The translations under genes and the position numbers were made by a program. The notes under the pieces are model-generated. The model searched no databases and had not been told where the DNA came from. It saw only the letters and a program-made list of their open reading frames with translations. From Lophium mytilinum (lineage: Eukaryota), in assembly GCA_010093605.1 (NCBI GenBank), contig MU004183.1:930001-994000 (forward strand): 64,000 bases of DNA, written 5' to 3'. This document shows positions 60,836 through 64,000 of this stretch, one piece after another (within the stretch, counting starts at the first letter, position 1; each line of letters begins with the position of its first letter).

Positions 60836-63252
60836 ATGCGGCGATTCTTGTCATTTCATAAAAAGCCCTCTCCTTCGACAGAAGAACAAACCACAAGGCT
60901 AGTGGCCGGAATTACAAGTTCTCTCCCAACCCGACGCTTTAGTTGTGTCTATGAAGATCTGTCTCTAACATAATCTGTAGTGTGGATGCCCCGCGTCACT
61001 GTAGCACTGGACAGCTCTCAAAACGCTCTTCAGTGTCGTCTGTCGCTTCAGCGCGACCTTCTCGAGACTCGATATACTCGAAAGGGACTTTGACCACATC
61101 CTATAGCAGTGTCCAGTCCACCACGCATTACGATTTTGATACGATTCCCACCATCACGAAGACACCTTGGGAACTAGATCGTTACAAGCGGCCCTCAACG
61201 ACCCAGCGATCGAAGCCTACTGAGGGAACCTCACCGGCGACAAATTCCTTTGAAAAGCTGCCGCGGGAGATCTACGACTGTATACTGCAAGAGCTAGAAC
61301 TACTACACTTTCAGCCCGGGAAGCATGTATGCCCGTCCTGCTATTTGCGAGATGTGAGTAATCTAGCTCTGACAAGTCGCGCGTGGGATAAAGCTGCAAG
61401 AGCAAAGCTGTGAGTATCTCACTATAGTATGATATGATATACAAAATTCTAACATCTCAACAGATATCGCAATATATGGCTGCTCCCTGACGATGGAAAC
61501 CACGAAATGAAGAAGCTCAGGCTCAAGAATACTCGCCGCTTGAAACTTCTGCGCCGAACACTACGTGAAAGGACGGCTCTAGCAAGGACTGTGAAGGAGC
61601 TCAACTGCCAGAACTACCAGGAAGTCTATCGGAAAGCTGATATACTTGACAAAGGGGAAGTAGTGGACATGATTGCCTCTGTTGTAATGGCCTGTCCCCA
61701 CCTGGAGAAGTTGACAGGATTCCACGTGTCGTACAACCACAGCTTCGACCGTCTTTCGCACGCTCTATCCACTCGATACCAGCTGAAAGAGCGCATATGG
61801 CTTCTTAAGCCTCCAATTGATCCAGCAACCCCAACATCTCCAACATTCCCAAGGAACAGCGATTCGAACAGTTTATCTGACCTCTATGACCCTACCACCG
61901 ACTCAACTGAGACCTTTCTAGCCCAGCACTCCTTCTGGCCCTCGCTCACCACCCTGGTCCTCCACTCGCAGTCGTCGCCATCCGCCCCTACAATGACCTT
62001 TCGTGCCTTCATCGCAACCTTCCGCTCTCTGCCAGCTCTATCCAATCTTTCAGTTTCCTATTTCAGTGCCGCCGAGTTCTCAAACCGCACCCTAGCTGCC
62101 CTCCCTCGACTTCAATCCCTCCGCCTCGAGAAACTACCTGGTATCACTGACACAGGACTGCAGCGATACTTCGCCCAACCGGTGGCCGCTTCCATTGTCA
62201 ACTTAAGCTTGATAAACCTCCAAATCGCCGATCTCGCTGTATTGGGCAAAGTATTCGAGTATATGAGCGAGTTATCTCGCCTCACGCTATCTCAAACCCC
62301 AACACCACGCCCATCTGACGATGCGTGGCCACTGCCTGCAAGCGCAGATGCTGTGTTTCGCTCGACCAGCCTGAAATACCTGCATTGGTCGTGCCTCACG
62401 CCTCACCCACCCACCACGGTCGCGCTAGGCAAAGCGATCAAAGACGGTGACCTGCCCGCATTAAGAACCCTCCGCGCACCGACAGACGACGGGACACTAC
62501 AGGCAGTATGTGCCCCACGGGCCTCGATCGCGAGAGAAGGCGACGAGACTGCAGTGAACACGGCCGCCGCTGTCGCGGACCAACAACGCCAGAATCGCAA
62601 GCGGGCATCCATGAGCGTGCAGTCCACTATCACACTCTCGCCGATGCCAAAGTCAGCGAAGCGACGCTCTATGCTCGACTTGCGACCGTCCAGGCCGACG
62701 GAAGTGGCCGCGGATTCAAATGCACCAAAGACTACAGCACAGCTTCAGATACAGACTTCCATTGCACTCAATGCCAAGGGGAAGTGGAAGCGCGTGTCCA
62801 CCCCAGTTTTACCATCTTCCGCCTTCACGCGGCCCGAGCCTAAAACCCTAATTGCACCCCTCGCGTCTCCACCACTCCCAAAACCGAACCCTGTCTCCCT
62901 CCCCGCTGCTCGACTGGCTGCTCAGCATCGCTTGGCGGCCGCGAGAAAGTTTCCGGGTATCAAGATTATCGTCACGTCGCCCTCTGGCATCGATATCAAG
63001 ACGTGGACGATGAGGTCCTATCTAGGGCTCGTCCAAGGCCCTTGTGTTGTGCGATACTGTCTTGACCCTGACATTAAAGGTGATGGAGAGGATGTTTTGA
63101 TCACGGGTGTGGCAGAAGTAGTAGGGGGAGCGAGGGTAGGCCACGGGCGAAGACAAGGAGAAGAGCCGGTATGGGAGAGAGTGAGGGTCAGGGGATGTTT
63201 ACATCCCGGGGGGAGAGGAGGGGACCAAGTGGGTGCTAATGAGCTGTTTTGA
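60836..63252 (+). CDS. F-box / leucine-rich-repeat protein; 3 exons
   Basis: FEKLPREIYDCIL..LRDVSNLALTSRAWDKAARAKL|YRNIWL F-box, followed by LRR-like LPRLQSLRLEKLPGITDTGL. The first intron is predicted to be GC-AG. Confidence 0.82.
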
Positions 63253-63379
63253 TTCGACTCAAAGAGAGTCATATTGAAGATGAAGAGAAAAGGTCTTTCG
63301 TAATTCACAGCGCGGTGTGTCCACCCGCTCTCAAACGCCTAGATATCTATACCCAAACCCAACATCAAACGAACACCCT

Positions 63380-64000
63380 TCACGCAGTCTGGCTTTCCTC
63401 TGGCCAGACATCATACCCAAATGTATCCTTCATATTCACAAACCGCGTCCTTCTCCCCCTGGCCACCCGCTCAATCGCCTCAAACCCCTCATCGCTTAGA
63501 TCCGCCACCTGCAAATTACTCTCGATCCGGCTCGGCGTCGCGCTTTTCGGCAGCACCACATACCCCCGCCTCAGGCCCCACGCCAGCAGACACTGCGCCA
63601 GCGTCGCCCCCTGCTTCTCCGCCGTCTCTATCAGCTCCTTATTCGTCCTAACCTTCTCCCCCGTATTCGGTACTTGATCCTGACTCCCAAGCGGGCTATA
63701 CGCCGCCGGGAGGATATTCCGCGCCAGACACCACTCCACCAACTCCCCATTTGGCAAAAACGGGTGAATCTCAATCTGATTCACCGCCGGCTTCACACGC
63801 GCATAGCTAAGAAGCTGTTCGAGCCCCTTAATCGTCCAGTTAGAGACACCAATGGCTCTGGCGAGACCAGCATCGTACAGCTCCTCCATCTTCCGCCACG
63901 TCGGCGCCGGGTCCTCCGTCAGGGGCTTGTTGATAACGTATTTCCCGTCCGCCCCGATCCTCGGCATGAAGGAGTCGCCGTCCTGCACTTTCTCGGCCGC
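63380..64000 (-). CDS. Aldo-keto reductase, NADP-dependent glycerol/L-glyceraldehyde reductase (Gld1/GaaD-like); 5' end lies outside the window
   Basis: AIGVSNW, PAVNQIEIHPFL, AYSPLGSQ, VLPKSATPSRIESN and C-terminal FVNMKDTFGYDVWPEE. Confidence 0.88.
   Translation of the reverse strand, partial: AAEKVQDGDSFMPRIGADGKYVINKPLTEDPAPTWRKMEELYDAGLARAIGVSNWTIKGLEQLLSYARVKPAVNQIEIHPFLPNGELVEWCLARNILPAAYSPLGSQDQVPNTGEKVRTNKELIETAEKQGATLAQCLLAWGLRRGYVVLPKSATPSRIESNLQVADLSDEGFEAIERVARGRRTRFVNMKDTFGYDVWPEESQTA

Noticed and set aside
9236..64000. Sugar-catabolism gene cluster (transporter, FGGY kinase, aldo-keto reductase)
   Set aside because: The genes are 12-40 kb apart and interspersed with unrelated housekeeping genes.

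Overview
Gene-dense, intron-containing eukaryotic DNA from a filamentous ascomycete (Pezizomycotina, plausibly Dothideomycetes; inferred from short GT-AG introns with CTRAC/CTAAT branch sites and from gene content). About 24 protein-coding genes can be supported. Most are housekeeping: SAM50, UBC6, an HGT1-like sugar porter, a Cid1-type TUTase, TFIIF-alpha, HGH1, BCS1, a PAQR/IZH protein, ILV2, a TRAPPC12-like TPR protein, a HAD hydrolase, PDI1, a TLC protein, an FGGY kinase, an S10 carboxypeptidase, a Zn2Cys6 factor, F-box proteins and an aldo-keto reductase. No prokaryotic system, CRISPR-Cas or biosynthetic cluster is evident. The most unusual unexplained element is a six-copy, ~108-bp non-coding tandem array between the convergent 3' ends of HGH1 and BCS1; its conserved core is quasi-palindromic and carries spliceosomal-intron-like signals on both strands. 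Other notable items are a 338-bp Tc1/mariner-type MITE with perfect 26-bp TIRs and a TA target duplication, an in-frame stop-free intron splitting a Zn2Cys6 cluster, and a seeming excess of AAG splice acceptors. All gene models and family calls were made by eye, without database searches.
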